Below are positions 1 through 9,021 of a stretch of 20,000 nt of DNA, one piece after another (within the stretch, counting starts at the first letter, position 1; each line of letters opens with the position of its first letter). Source of the DNA: an uncultured virus (IMG/VR IMGVR_UViG_3300042507_002727) (taxonomy: Duplodnaviria; Heunggongvirae; Uroviricota; Caudoviricetes); IMG/VR virus record IMGVR_UViG_3300042507_002727; one strand, 5' to 3'. A program made the translations under genes and the position numbers. The notes under the pieces were generated by a model. That model made no database searches. It had not been told where the DNA came from and worked only from the letters and a program-made list of their open reading frames with translations.

Positions 1-56
1 TCTACGATAAGATGCTCGATGTCAACGCCGAGTTGTCTATCTGCTTGAGTACCCAT
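1..56 (-). CDS. 5' end of a gene running off the window (MGTQADRQLGVDIEHLIV...)
   Basis: ATG at 56-54 overlaps the TAA of the upstream kinase gene (TAATG coupling); the frame stays open to the window edge. Confidence 0.6.
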   Translation of the reverse strand, partial: MGTQADRQLGVDIEHLIV

Positions 57-601
57 TATTTAAATCCTTTCAAAAATTGCTCAACAGAAGGAACGGTGTT
101 TGCAAATCCGCCATTGATGCTGATGTTGATATGAAGCTTGTGCATGCAGGAAGAAACGGTGTATGCTTCGATAAAAGCAGACATCGTTTCATTGTATTCA
201 TGTAGAGATTTCTCAAGACTATCGCCGTCGTCACGAGCAGCGATAGCTTCAGGATCATCAGTCAGAAGAATGAGAGCTGCTTCTGGATAATTACGAAGAT
301 ACCGATAGTCCAACTCATAGATATCAGCTGGGTTTGCACCACGATACTTCTCGCCATAGACAGCCGCGCCAAGGTGAAAGCGGTCGAAGATCACATCATA
401 GAAGTAGTCGTCAACGAGCATCTGACTCGATTGAAACAACGACTCGTAGTGTTTAATTTCCCATGCATTTGGGTCCTCTACCTTAGGAGGAGAAGACGAG
501 TGATGCACGAGAATGTTTGGCGATGTAAAGTGTCGCTTACGTAGATGTTCAACGAGCGTTGACTTACCACAGCGATCCATACCTTCAACGATGAGTAGCA
601 T
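56..601 (-). CDS. P-loop nucleotide monophosphate kinase (thymidylate kinase-like)
   Basis: N-terminal IVEGMDRCGKST Walker A and IFDRFH (DR motif of dTMP kinases); GGAGG RBS. Confidence 0.8.
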   Translation of the reverse strand: MLLIVEGMDRCGKSTLVEHLRKRHFTSPNILVHHSSSPPKVEDPNAWEIKHYESLFQSSQMLVDDYFYDVIFDRFHLGAAVYGEKYRGANPADIYELDYRYLRNYPEAALILLTDDPEAIAARDDGDSLEKSLHEYNETMSAFIEAYTVSSCMHKLHINISINGGFANTVPSVEQFLKGFK

Positions 602-609
602 TATACCTC

Positions 610-1074
610 CTATTTTAGTTGTTTTGAGAAAGGAAGATTGTGTAGTTCACTTTCACTAAGATATCGACTAGTAAGATTTTGTTCTATAGTGCGATTTACT
701 TCTACTTCACCGTTAATAATATCACCAGTCAAAGGACATGTCAATGATATTGGCATCTTAGGAGCAGCAACAGCATAAATGTCAATCTTAGACTCTCCAA
801 GTTCCTTCATCACTCTAAGAATACGTCTATTTGTTGCATCACCACGTTTACTCGCGCCACCTTTATACTTATCAACACGACCGTACCACCCACGAGAACC
901 ACCGGCAATGCCGATCTTCATTAAGCGACCTTTTACATACATAAAGTAAACGATGTTGCCCATGTCACGAAAGTTAGACCACGTCTTATCAGTAACATAA
1001 TCTATCTCTGTTTCCGTGACATTGAAATGCCCGATATATTCAGCCGTTTTCGCGAGTTCAGAAATTGACTTCAT
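610..1074 (-). CDS. putative GIY-YIG-like nuclease
   Basis: IVYFMYVKGRLMKIGIAG...R..Y pattern resembles the degenerate GIY/YIG hairpin plus Arg helix; late Glu (IEQ) and Gln. Confidence 0.45.
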   Translation of the reverse strand: MKSISELAKTAEYIGHFNVTETEIDYVTDKTWSNFRDMGNIVYFMYVKGRLMKIGIAGGSRGWYGRVDKYKGGASKRGDATNRRILRVMKELGESKIDIYAVAAPKMPISLTCPLTGDIINGEVEVNRTIEQNLTSRYLSESELHNLPFSKQLK

Positions 1075-1586
1075 TTGGTTTTCCTATGTTTTACGAAGTT
1101 TTTATACACGATTGGTTCTGGATGTACTTTGATACCAACTGCACTATAACGATCACCATTTTCCGGCATCATTCTTTGATAGCCAGCTTCGTTTAGCATC
1201 TTATCTTCTTCTTTAGTTACGAAGACGATGCGATTATGCTTACTTAAGAAATCATAGATCGATTTCTCGTCAGTGCACTCCTCTACCATCTTTTGAATGA
1301 GTATGTTTAGAGGAACGACGTGTTCATGAATACCAAACTTCTTTAAAGCATCGCCACCAGCTGGCTTGCCAAGAGACTCCCACTTCTCTTTAAATCTTTC
1401 GGACATATAGGCGAAGTCAGGACTATCAATGCCTTTATCGATCCCGAGTCTTTCGTGAGTAGCTGCATTGTAAACATTGCAGAAAATGTATCTCATGGAT
1501 CGAGTATCGTTAGAATTGTATTTTGCTCCTGAACGTATGTCGTTCAGGAGCAACTTGATCATTGTAAGATTTGTTTCTAAAGTCAT
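1071..1586 (-). CDS. hypothetical protein with HNH-like HEHVVP motif
   Basis: 171-aa ORF coupled to both neighbours; IHEHVVP and VTKEED motifs. Confidence 0.55.
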   Translation of the reverse strand: MTLETNLTMIKLLLNDIRSGAKYNSNDTRSMRYIFCNVYNAATHERLGIDKGIDSPDFAYMSERFKEKWESLGKPAGGDALKKFGIHEHVVPLNILIQKMVEECTDEKSIYDFLSKHNRIVFVTKEEDKMLNEAGYQRMMPENGDRYSAVGIKVHPEPIVYKNFVKHRKTK

Positions 1587-1831
1587 TATCGGTATCGAGT
1601 GTATACATAGACGTCAGCAGACGTGGCGTAAGGAAGAGGAAGCGAGTCATTGTAGCGACGAACTCCGCGACGATGACCGCGACCCTGCAGCTTGACATAC
1701 TGAGTGGTACCGAAAGCAGTGTTACCAAGCTTGACGACGGTACGCAGACCGTCAACAGCGGCTTGGTCCTCAGGAGCAACTTGGCCGTTAACCATACGAA
1801 CAGTGAAGCGATAAGCAGAAGTGCGAGTCAT
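1586..1831 (-). CDS. hypothetical small early protein
   Basis: 81-aa ORF, AAGGA RBS, own sigma70-like promoter at 1861-1889. Confidence 0.75.
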   Translation of the reverse strand: MTRTSAYRFTVRMVNGQVAPEDQAAVDGLRTVVKLGNTAFGTTQYVKLQGRGHRRGVRRYNDSLPLPYATSADVYVYTRYR

Positions 1832-1860
1832 AGGATGGTTCCTTTCCTTTTCCTATTGTC

Positions 1861-1889
1861 AATCTATACTGATTCTAAACGAATGTCAA
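1861..1889 (-). promoter_or_regulatory. early sigma70-type promoter with GAATCAG spacer motif
   Basis: TTGACA-ttcgtttagaatcagta(17)-TAGATT on the minus strand. Confidence 0.75.
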
Positions 1890-1892
1890 TAG

Positions 1893-2063
1893 TTAAGAAG
1901 CGAAGTTGCGGTCCTGAAGACCAACTTTTTTCGCACCCTTTGCCCAGGCGCCCGACTTACCGCGCCAGGTCTTAAACCGCTTGCGAGACGGCGAGAGAAC
2001 TTTTACCTCACCGCCGTTAGCGGCGAAATTTGCGACGAGCTTTGCGATGTCAGTTTTAGTCAT
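1893..2063 (-). CDS. small basic hypothetical protein, 56 aa (MTKTDIAKLVANFAANGGEVKVLSPSRKRFKTWRGKSGAWAKGAKKVGLQDRNFAS), not in the ORF track
   Basis: Manual translation; GAGGAG RBS and own promoter at 2090-2118. Confidence 0.75.
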   Translation of the reverse strand: MTKTDIAKLVANFAANGGEVKVLSPSRKRFKTWRGKSGAWAKGAKKVGLQDRNFAS

Positions 2064-2089
2064 AGTTGTTCTCCTCTCGTTATAGATAT

Positions 2090-2118
2090 AGAATATCTGA
2101 TTCGGGAGGAGATGTCAA
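2090..2118 (-). promoter_or_regulatory. early sigma70-type promoter with GAATCAG spacer motif
   Basis: TTGACA-tctcctcccgaatcaga(17)-TATTCT on the minus strand. Confidence 0.7.
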
Positions 2119-2121
2119 CCA

Positions 2122-2538
2122 TTAAATGAGAACATTTGGAAGGTGGCCATGATTTCCTTCATGAGATGGAGCTTGCCAACCCTCAGGCTTGAGCAGATCC
2201 GGCAATCCAAAAGGATTCGGGCGCCCAGGCTTGACACCAGGAGACTTAGACATGTTTGCTTCGTATACTTTATCCCAAGCAGCCTTTGCATCAACACCAA
2301 ACACGTCGAGAGTACCGAGTGCAAAGACAACGAGATCGATGAGACCGTCGACTACCTCTTCAGAATCTTTTGCGGCGTATGCAGCGACCGTTTCGTCAAG
2401 TTCTTCCTTGCACATAGAGAGACGGAACTCAAGATACTTGTCCATCAGATCTTTGTCGTGCTTGTTCTTTTCGAACCACTCGTGCACTCCAAACTTGTTG
2501 TGCATCATATACATGTCATGGATAAGGTCAGCTGACAT
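2122..2538 (-). CDS. MazG-like / PRA-PH family nucleoside triphosphate pyrophosphohydrolase
   Basis: EELDE...EEVVDGLIDLVVFALG acidic motifs, ANMSK and LLKPEGWQAP C-terminal motif. Confidence 0.8.
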   Translation of the reverse strand: MSADLIHDMYMMHNKFGVHEWFEKNKHDKDLMDKYLEFRLSMCKEELDETVAAYAAKDSEEVVDGLIDLVVFALGTLDVFGVDAKAAWDKVYEANMSKSPGVKPGRPNPFGLPDLLKPEGWQAPSHEGNHGHLPNVLI

Positions 2539-2731
2539 ATTTAACTCCTTCAGATTTCAAACAGGCTTCGATAGAAGTGATCTCATCTTTAATTGATAGC
2601 TTAATTCGCTTTTGAGTGTTGATCATTTCTTCAGGAGCTTTCTCTCCTTCCAATGCTTCAACCAAGTTATGTACTGCAGTATGCTTTTCTTTTAGAGACG
2701 CTAGTCTTTCTAGTCTGGTCTTTGGATCCAT
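2528..2731 (-). CDS. DUF465/YdcH-like small coiled-coil protein
   Basis: L..KH......V........KRIKLSIKDEI pattern; GGAG RBS; promoter at 2762-2789. Confidence 0.65.
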   Translation of the reverse strand: MDPKTRLERLASLKEKHTAVHNLVEALEGEKAPEEMINTQKRIKLSIKDEITSIEACLKSEGVKYVS

Positions 2732-2761
2732 TCTAATCTCCCCCTTGTTAGTTGATAATTC

Positions 2762-2789
2762 TTTATACCATAATATTTCAAAATGTCAA
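2762..2789 (-). promoter_or_regulatory. sigma70-type promoter
   Basis: TTGACA-16 nt-TATAAA with TGn extension, minus strand. Confidence 0.6.
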
Positions 2790-5318
2790 TCACATAAAAA
2801 ACGATTCGAGACTCGCAACCTTCTTGGATCTCCAACCGATCGCTTCAAGAATGCTTTCGATAGGTCCCAAGAAAACTTTTTCAAACTGAGTGTTATAGTC
2901 AATGTACTTGTCCACGTTGAGTTCCTTTGGAAGAACGTTAGGAAACGAGATTACATTTTCTTTAATCGGGTTTGGTATATTGAGATACACGATCTTAATC
3001 TTGTCACCACCACGGATCAGCTGATACCTATTCTCTAGCTTGTTTTCCTTCAAAGCTTTGTTGTATAGGATCGAACCACGAACGTGCATTGGGCAACCTC
3101 TTTTGTAGTCATTGCCTACCATGTACTTTTCAATATCGTCGGTACCAGAGATCTTTGCGATGTCTTCAGCCGGAAGATTAAAGAACTCTTCTCGGAAATC
3201 TTCGATGAAGATTTGCACGTCGGACTCTGAGCCGTTCATAATCACCTCGAACGACTTTTTCATCTTCTCACGGCAAACTTCAGGAGTCGACGAACGAACC
3301 GACTCGATACCGGTAACACTGATCTTTGGCTTTGCGTAGTGAACACCTTCAGAGTTGAGAACGTTCATAATGTATCGCTTTTTGGCGACGAACACAGACT
3401 TATCTGTAATCTTTTCGCGTTTCATAACCATCGCGTTACGGCAAGCACCCATCTTTTTTGCGAGGTTCTCGTATCCGAGAGCGATGACCGCCTCGAGCTT
3501 TTCCTTACATACGTTGTCAAGGAATTCTTCACCGGTCTTTCGATCGATGTCTGTTGTTCCGAACACTGCCTGGATAAGAGGACCAAAGTTCACGTAGATG
3601 GAGTCGGTATCGATATAGACGATGTAGTCTACATCGGTCGTCTTTAGTACTTTATTGAGATATTTGTTGACAGATTTTTCGGCATAACGAATTGACAGTT
3701 GACCTGAAGTGGTAATCGCTTCTGCCATCTCGCCGATATAGTAAAGGAAGTAGACGTTTGCGGTCGCACCATATAGAGAGTTCATAGCAATCTTAATCGC
3801 CATCTGAGAGTTATGCAGCTGAGTCATCTGCTTCTTCAGATCCTTCTTTTTGTCCGGATCCTTCTCGTTTTCCATGGCTTGTTCAACAGCAAGCATTTCT
3901 TTCTTGATCTTTGAACGATTGCCATAGTACTCGTCAATGATCTCAGGAATTACACCTTTTACTTTATTGGTAAAGCAGACGCCATTTGCGCATGCAGAAT
4001 ATTCGGTGTCTGTGTTTTCAAACTGATCGTTAAGAACCATGTCTTGTGTAACATAGACTCTCTTATCTTGCATATGAGTCTCAGGCGACATATTATACTG
4101 AAGCATCAGATGCGGATACAGAGAGTTAAGGTCGAACGATACGATCCACTTATGCATACCGACCTTTGGATCCTTCACGTAACCACCGACGAGATCCTTT
4201 CCACGATCACCAGGACCACCCTTGATCTGCGGAACACGATTGTCTCGAATAAGTCGACGATACAGAGTGGTTTCCCAGATACCAACGGTGCCGAAGGCAT
4301 CGCTGAAGTTAACGCCGCCGCCATATGCGACAGTCATAACGAGAGCGAGAAGAGCCGTTTCGTCTTCGAACTGTTGAATGAGCCATGTATCCTTGAGGTT
4401 ATAGTCGAGATACAGTTGCGGGTTTTGATCGTATAGAGCCGTAAGGTTACCATACTCGGAATAATCCAGCTTCTTTTCGCCAAGGATAACGTGAGCGATA
4501 TGATCGAGTTTGTAGGACTCTTGAGGACCATACTTATAACCGAACTTCTTAAACGCGTCCATATAGTCAATCACGGTCATACCAGAGATTGCATATGTTG
4601 ACTGTGGCTTGCCAAAGATCTCTCGAGTATTCTTACGAATGGATCCCCACGGCGACAGCTTCTTTGCAGTATCCTCGCCAAACAGACGAATGATACGAGT
4701 TACGATGTACATAATGTCAAAGTACTCAACGTTCCAACCGGTTACAACATCGGGATAGTCGTTCTGCCAGATCTGCATGAACCTACGAAGCAGAGCCTGC
4801 TCAGTGTCAAACTTCATGAACTGAATGTTTTCTGGATCGATCTTAAGAAGAGTCTTGCTCTTATCATAATCTTTACGACCGAGCAGATGATACGTATCAG
4901 ACTTAGACGATTTAATCGCGATCGAGGTAATCTCTTTATCGGCTTCATCGATGTTGGCATAACCGTCTCGAATATCAACTTCGATGTCGAACGAAAAGAT
5001 GTTAATCTTTTTCATATCGAACTGAATGTTGTCAGGATATTGTTCTTGAATAAACTGAGTTACGTAGTTTGTGTTGCCGTGGATCTCAAGGCCACGAACG
5101 TCTTTGTGGCGTTCAATAAACTCTTTTGCTTCAGCCATCGAGTCACAGACTCGCGGACCAAGTGGCCGATCACCAATCAGCGACTTATATGCGCCGTCCT
5201 TGGATGGAAGAAAGAGCGTTGGACGATACTGATGGCGTCGCATGAACTGCTTTCCATCTTCATATCCACGCCAGAGAATTGTATTGCCGTATCGTTCAAC
5301 GTTCGTATAGAAATTCAT
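2790..5318 (-). CDS. 43: family B DNA polymerase (T4 gp43-like)
   Basis: Exonuclease motifs FDIE, GWNVEYFD, YNLKD; polymerase motifs DLNSLYP, KIAMNSLYG, YIDTDS, KKRY; C-terminal clamp-binding SLESFF. Confidence 0.97.
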   Translation of the reverse strand: MNFYTNVERYGNTILWRGYEDGKQFMRRHQYRPTLFLPSKDGAYKSLIGDRPLGPRVCDSMAEAKEFIERHKDVRGLEIHGNTNYVTQFIQEQYPDNIQFDMKKINIFSFDIEVDIRDGYANIDEADKEITSIAIKSSKSDTYHLLGRKDYDKSKTLLKIDPENIQFMKFDTEQALLRRFMQIWQNDYPDVVTGWNVEYFDIMYIVTRIIRLFGEDTAKKLSPWGSIRKNTREIFGKPQSTYAISGMTVIDYMDAFKKFGYKYGPQESYKLDHIAHVILGEKKLDYSEYGNLTALYDQNPQLYLDYNLKDTWLIQQFEDETALLALVMTVAYGGGVNFSDAFGTVGIWETTLYRRLIRDNRVPQIKGGPGDRGKDLVGGYVKDPKVGMHKWIVSFDLNSLYPHLMLQYNMSPETHMQDKRVYVTQDMVLNDQFENTDTEYSACANGVCFTNKVKGVIPEIIDEYYGNRSKIKKEMLAVEQAMENEKDPDKKKDLKKQMTQLHNSQMAIKIAMNSLYGATANVYFLYYIGEMAEAITTSGQLSIRYAEKSVNKYLNKVLKTTDVDYIVYIDTDSIYVNFGPLIQAVFGTTDIDRKTGEEFLDNVCKEKLEAVIALGYENLAKKMGACRNAMVMKREKITDKSVFVAKKRYIMNVLNSEGVHYAKPKISVTGIESVRSSTPEVCREKMKKSFEVIMNGSESDVQIFIEDFREEFFNLPAEDIAKISGTDDIEKYMVGNDYKRGCPMHVRGSILYNKALKENKLENRYQLIRGGDKIKIVYLNIPNPIKENVISFPNVLPKELNVDKYIDYNTQFEKVFLGPIESILEAIGWRSKKVASLESFFM

Positions 5319-5539
5319 AGTATACCTTTCAAGTATTCAACAACAAAGTGTTCTGTCGGTTGGTCAGATCTTTGTATCATTTTTCCATCATACACCATAA
5401 CTTGATATTTGTCAACCAACTTAACTACAGTTATGCGAGAGTCGCTTCGAAAAAAATCCATGGCATCACCAGTTTCTTTGCGAAAATGAGAGTCATATGC
5501 GTATCCTTTCTCTCCGAGGAATGCGTTTACTTCTTTCAA
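5315..5539 (-). CDS. hypothetical protein between gp46 and gp43
   Basis: 74-aa ORF with a TTG start after AGGAG; stop overlaps the gp43 ATG. Confidence 0.6.
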   Translation of the reverse strand: MKEVNAFLGEKGYAYDSHFRKETGDAMDFFRSDSRITVVKLVDKYQVMVYDGKMIQRSDQPTEHFVVEYLKGIL

Positions 5540-5548
5540 TCTTTACTC

Positions 5549-7261
5549 CTATGCTGCGATCTGGCTGAAGTTCTTTACCTTTTCAAATTTAATATGCGAG
5601 TCGAACTTTTCTCCAAACTGATCTGACCGGTGAGAGATCACAAAGATGTTATCGTTGTTGTTCAGATTGTGCAGAGTGTCAATTAGATTTTCAACACCGG
5701 CGCCATCCATCGCACCATCCAACGTTTCATCAAGTATCAGCAGGTTCGTTGAGACTGAGTTGCGAAGTTTTGCTACGGCTCGCCACGACAACATGATGGA
5801 CAAAGAAATTCTCAGCTTTTCGCCTTCCGAGAACGAAGCATACGAAAAGGCGTCACGAAAGCGAGACTTAATTACCTCGTTAAAGTTTTCATCAAGATGA
5901 AAGTCAACAAAGAGTTCAAACGCAGACAGATATTTGTTGATGAGTTTGTTCATAACTGGAATGTACTGGCGAATGATACGAGTCTTAATACCGCCGTCCT
6001 TTAGCATTGCTGCAGCTACACCAAGAGTTTCTCTTTCATCAAACAGTTTTGTCTGATCCGCCTGAAGATCCTTCAGACCTTTATTATATTCTTCGAGCTT
6101 GCTTGTGTCAACTTCTTCGACTTCTTTCTCTGCGGCATCGAGGTCATCCTTAAACGATTTAAGAGCATTCATAGACATCTTAATATGAGCTCGGTGTTCG
6201 CCGATCTTTAGGTTGTGCGTTTGAATTGTATCCTCGACCTTTGAGATCTCCTCGACACGAGCTTCGATCTCAGCAATCTTTGCTTCGATCTCTGTAAGAC
6301 CAGTTTCGGCTTCGTTCTTCTTTTGGTTACGGTCAGTGACGATCGTTTCCTTAAAGTCGTGATCGATTCCTTGCTTACACGTCGGGCAGTTGTCATTATC
6401 GTGATAGAAGTTTAGATCCTTGAGATAACCACGAAGAACGCCGTCCAGTTCCTGTCGAATGCTCTTTGTTCTATCGAGTTTCTTCTTCACCGCTGGTTTG
6501 TCCTCGATCGAGGCAATCAAACCACTAATGATCGTTTCGATACCTTCGATATGAATCTTTTCTTCTTCAATACGATCGATATGTTCCTGCATACGTTCAC
6601 GTATCTTGCTAACTTCGCTTTCACGGATCTTACGGATTGAGTCGTTATGTTCGACTGCGGACTCGATCTTTGATTTGATTAGATCAATCTGATAGTTATT
6701 GTCTGTGATCGATTCCTTATTCAGACTTACACGATCCTTTAGAAGAAGGTTCATTGTACTGAACACCTGAATGTCTAGCAGATCCTCAATAATCTCTCTT
6801 CGCTGATAAGCCGGCAGTTCCATAAACGGAACATATGTTGCACTACCAAGGACAACGATCTGATTGAACGACTTGTAGTTTAGACCAAGGATGTTCTGCT
6901 CGAGGTATGCCTGATAGTCACGAGCTGCAGCATCCTGGTTGACGAGTTCACCGTTTCGATAGATCTCAAAGATGTTTGGTTTCATACCACGACGAATTCG
7001 ATAATCGTTGCCGGATACAGTAAAGTCCACTTCAACGACGAGATCTTTTACGTTGATCGTATTAATCAACTGCGGCTTATTGATCTTACGAAACGGTTTT
7101 CCGTATAGAGCAAAGGTAATCGCATCGAGGATAGTACTCTTTCCGCTACCATTCGTTCCGCTCACCAACGTGGTTCTACTCTTATTAAGTTGTATCTCAG
7201 TGAAAACATTCCCGGTCGACAGAATGTTCTTATATCGTATCTTATTAAATTGGATATTCAT
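5549..7261 (-). CDS. 46: recombination endonuclease ATPase subunit (gp46, Rad50/SbcC-like)
   Basis: GTNGSGKST Walker A, coiled coil with CPTC zinc hook, FSEGEK signature, LLILDE Walker B, ISH. Confidence 0.96.
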   Translation of the reverse strand: MNIQFNKIRYKNILSTGNVFTEIQLNKSRTTLVSGTNGSGKSTILDAITFALYGKPFRKINKPQLINTINVKDLVVEVDFTVSGNDYRIRRGMKPNIFEIYRNGELVNQDAAARDYQAYLEQNILGLNYKSFNQIVVLGSATYVPFMELPAYQRREIIEDLLDIQVFSTMNLLLKDRVSLNKESITDNNYQIDLIKSKIESAVEHNDSIRKIRESEVSKIRERMQEHIDRIEEEKIHIEGIETIISGLIASIEDKPAVKKKLDRTKSIRQELDGVLRGYLKDLNFYHDNDNCPTCKQGIDHDFKETIVTDRNQKKNEAETGLTEIEAKIAEIEARVEEISKVEDTIQTHNLKIGEHRAHIKMSMNALKSFKDDLDAAEKEVEEVDTSKLEEYNKGLKDLQADQTKLFDERETLGVAAAMLKDGGIKTRIIRQYIPVMNKLINKYLSAFELFVDFHLDENFNEVIKSRFRDAFSYASFSEGEKLRISLSIMLSWRAVAKLRNSVSTNLLILDETLDGAMDGAGVENLIDTLHNLNNNDNIFVISHRSDQFGEKFDSHIKFEKVKNFSQIAA

Positions 7262-8322
7262 TGTATACTCATTGCCTCAATGTAAAGATCGTCGATAACT
7301 TTCTTAATCTTCTTTTTATCAGTCGTGGTTTCGATTGAATCAATATAGTTATGAAGAATATCCTTCGTGTCTTGCGTTTCGTCAAGTATGTCAGAGACTC
7401 CAGCCGACTCAAGGTTCAGAGAGTCATCGACCGACTTGACATCGGCTGCGCCAGACTCAGACAGCTTGTTGAGAAACATATCGTACAGGTATGAATTGGT
7501 TCGATACTTGACGATCACCTTCACGTATGTATTCTTAAGAACGTCTGTATTGATATTCGCAACATCATCGATAGTCATATCACGATCATCATAGTCTATC
7601 TTATGAAAGATGCGGTTTGGATTTTCAACAAGCGTGATGTCTCGAGTGTTTGCGTCGAACACATGAAAACCACGACGGCCTGCATAATCCGACCAAGTCA
7701 TTTCATACTGTGCGCCAAGGTACTTGATGTTACCATATTCAGACGGATGATGAAAGTGACCGGAGTAGACAGCTTGAAACCGCGTAAACACATCCTTTTT
7801 CAGACCATGATCGCACACCGATCCCTTTAACATCTCGAAACCTTCGATTGCGAAATGGCCGAGTAGTACTTGAGCATTCGTCTTTTCGATAGCTTCGAGA
7901 CAGATGTCCTCATTATCCTTCGTGATCCATGGAACCATCATAAACTGAGTTGAGCCAAATGTCAACTCCTTTGGTTCTTTCTCGTATATATGAAATTTAT
8001 CGTACTCTCGAAGCAGCAGATCCATCGAGTTGACTTCATTTGTATTCGTAAAGTATACACTGTGGTTTCCAACGATCGCATGATACTCGATACCTCGAGC
8101 CCAAAGCTGATTAAAGAAGAACTCCTTGACTCTCTTGAGAGTAACATAATTGATGTACTTTCTACGATCAAACGTGTCACCAAGGTCAAACACGATACGA
8201 ATGCCATGTTCGTCAAGATATGGAAAGAATACTTCACGAAAGAATTTCTCTTGATGGTCTAAAAATACTTGACTATCACCTCTCACACCAAAGTGTGTAT
8301 CATTAATAATTGCAATCTTCAT
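7258..8322 (-). CDS. 47: recombination endonuclease nuclease subunit (gp47, Mre11/SbcD-like)
   Basis: DTHFG, LGDTFD, GNH and SGHFH metallophosphoesterase motifs; adjacent to gp46. Confidence 0.96.
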   Translation of the reverse strand: MKIAIINDTHFGVRGDSQVFLDHQEKFFREVFFPYLDEHGIRIVFDLGDTFDRRKYINYVTLKRVKEFFFNQLWARGIEYHAIVGNHSVYFTNTNEVNSMDLLLREYDKFHIYEKEPKELTFGSTQFMMVPWITKDNEDICLEAIEKTNAQVLLGHFAIEGFEMLKGSVCDHGLKKDVFTRFQAVYSGHFHHPSEYGNIKYLGAQYEMTWSDYAGRRGFHVFDANTRDITLVENPNRIFHKIDYDDRDMTIDDVANINTDVLKNTYVKVIVKYRTNSYLYDMFLNKLSESGAADVKSVDDSLNLESAGVSDILDETQDTKDILHNYIDSIETTTDKKKIKKVIDDLYIEAMSIQ

Positions 8323-8339
8323 TTACGATTTCTTCCCAT

Positions 8340-8858
8340 TCACTTGTCAACGCCGTTAGCTTTTTCTTTACTCTTTGTCAACTTATTTTCAAAATCTTCA
8401 ATGAAAGAATTCATATAGTCAGCACTGGTATTGAGATGCAGCTTTACTTCATCAGACTCATATGTTTCACCGTTCATCATCATGTTATGGGACGATTTAA
8501 AACGAATGTACATCTGCTTCTTTTCTTTTTGAATTCTTCGAAGAAACGCATACCAGATCACCTGAGTAAAGTATGCGAATGGATTTGAAGACTTCATATG
8601 ATCGAAATTGTTGATATACAGCAGACAGTTCTCAATACCGTCCATGATCATATCTTCTTTATATGAATACCCTGAAAAGTTTGGTTTGGTCGCCAATCTC
8701 GTTGCAATCTGATATATGCACTCACCGATGTAGTTTGGAACCTTCGGTATCTCGTCGCCTTGATCTTCAGCCTCTTTGCACTTGTTCTTGTAGTTGATAA
8801 GAGCTTCGAGTAAGTCTTTGTTGTTAACGTAGTTTCTTTTAATTCTTTTTTGTGTCAT
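8340..8858 (-). CDS. 55: late transcription sigma factor (gp55)
   Basis: NYVNNKDL, PNFSGYSYKEDMIMDGIENC, NPFAYFTQ..WYAFLRRIQKEKKQ; synteny with 47/46. Confidence 0.95.
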   Translation of the reverse strand: MTQKRIKRNYVNNKDLLEALINYKNKCKEAEDQGDEIPKVPNYIGECIYQIATRLATKPNFSGYSYKEDMIMDGIENCLLYINNFDHMKSSNPFAYFTQVIWYAFLRRIQKEKKQMYIRFKSSHNMMMNGETYESDEVKLHLNTSADYMNSFIEDFENKLTKSKEKANGVDK

Positions 8859-8890
8859 AAGGAGCCCTTCTTATACTAACGTATTGTTAT

Positions 8891-8918
8891 AATATAAACC
8901 AAAATAGAAAAATGTCAA
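8891..8918 (-). promoter_or_regulatory. sigma70-type promoter for the 55-47-46-43 operon
   Basis: TTGACA-16 nt-TATATT on the minus strand. Confidence 0.6.
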
Positions 8919-8964
8919 CTACTTAGTGACCGATAACTTATTTCGTTATAGATGCATTTTTTGG

Positions 8965-8992
8965 TTGACATTTCCTGTAGAGCTTGTATAAT
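8965..8992 (+). promoter_or_regulatory. sigma70-type promoter pointing antisense into uvsW
   Basis: Perfect TTGACA-16 nt-TATAAT with no sense ORF downstream. Confidence 0.5.
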
Positions 8993-9021
8993 CAGAATTA
9001 ATATTCTGGCAGTTGTGGAAT

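Noticed and set aside
2790..5318. Intein, intron or split in the DNA polymerase
   Set aside because: Single uninterrupted 842-aa ORF with all motifs at normal spacing
1477..8588. Numerous plus-strand ORFs opposite gp43/46/47/55 and the MazG-like gene
   Set aside because: Antisense shadows of well-supported core genes
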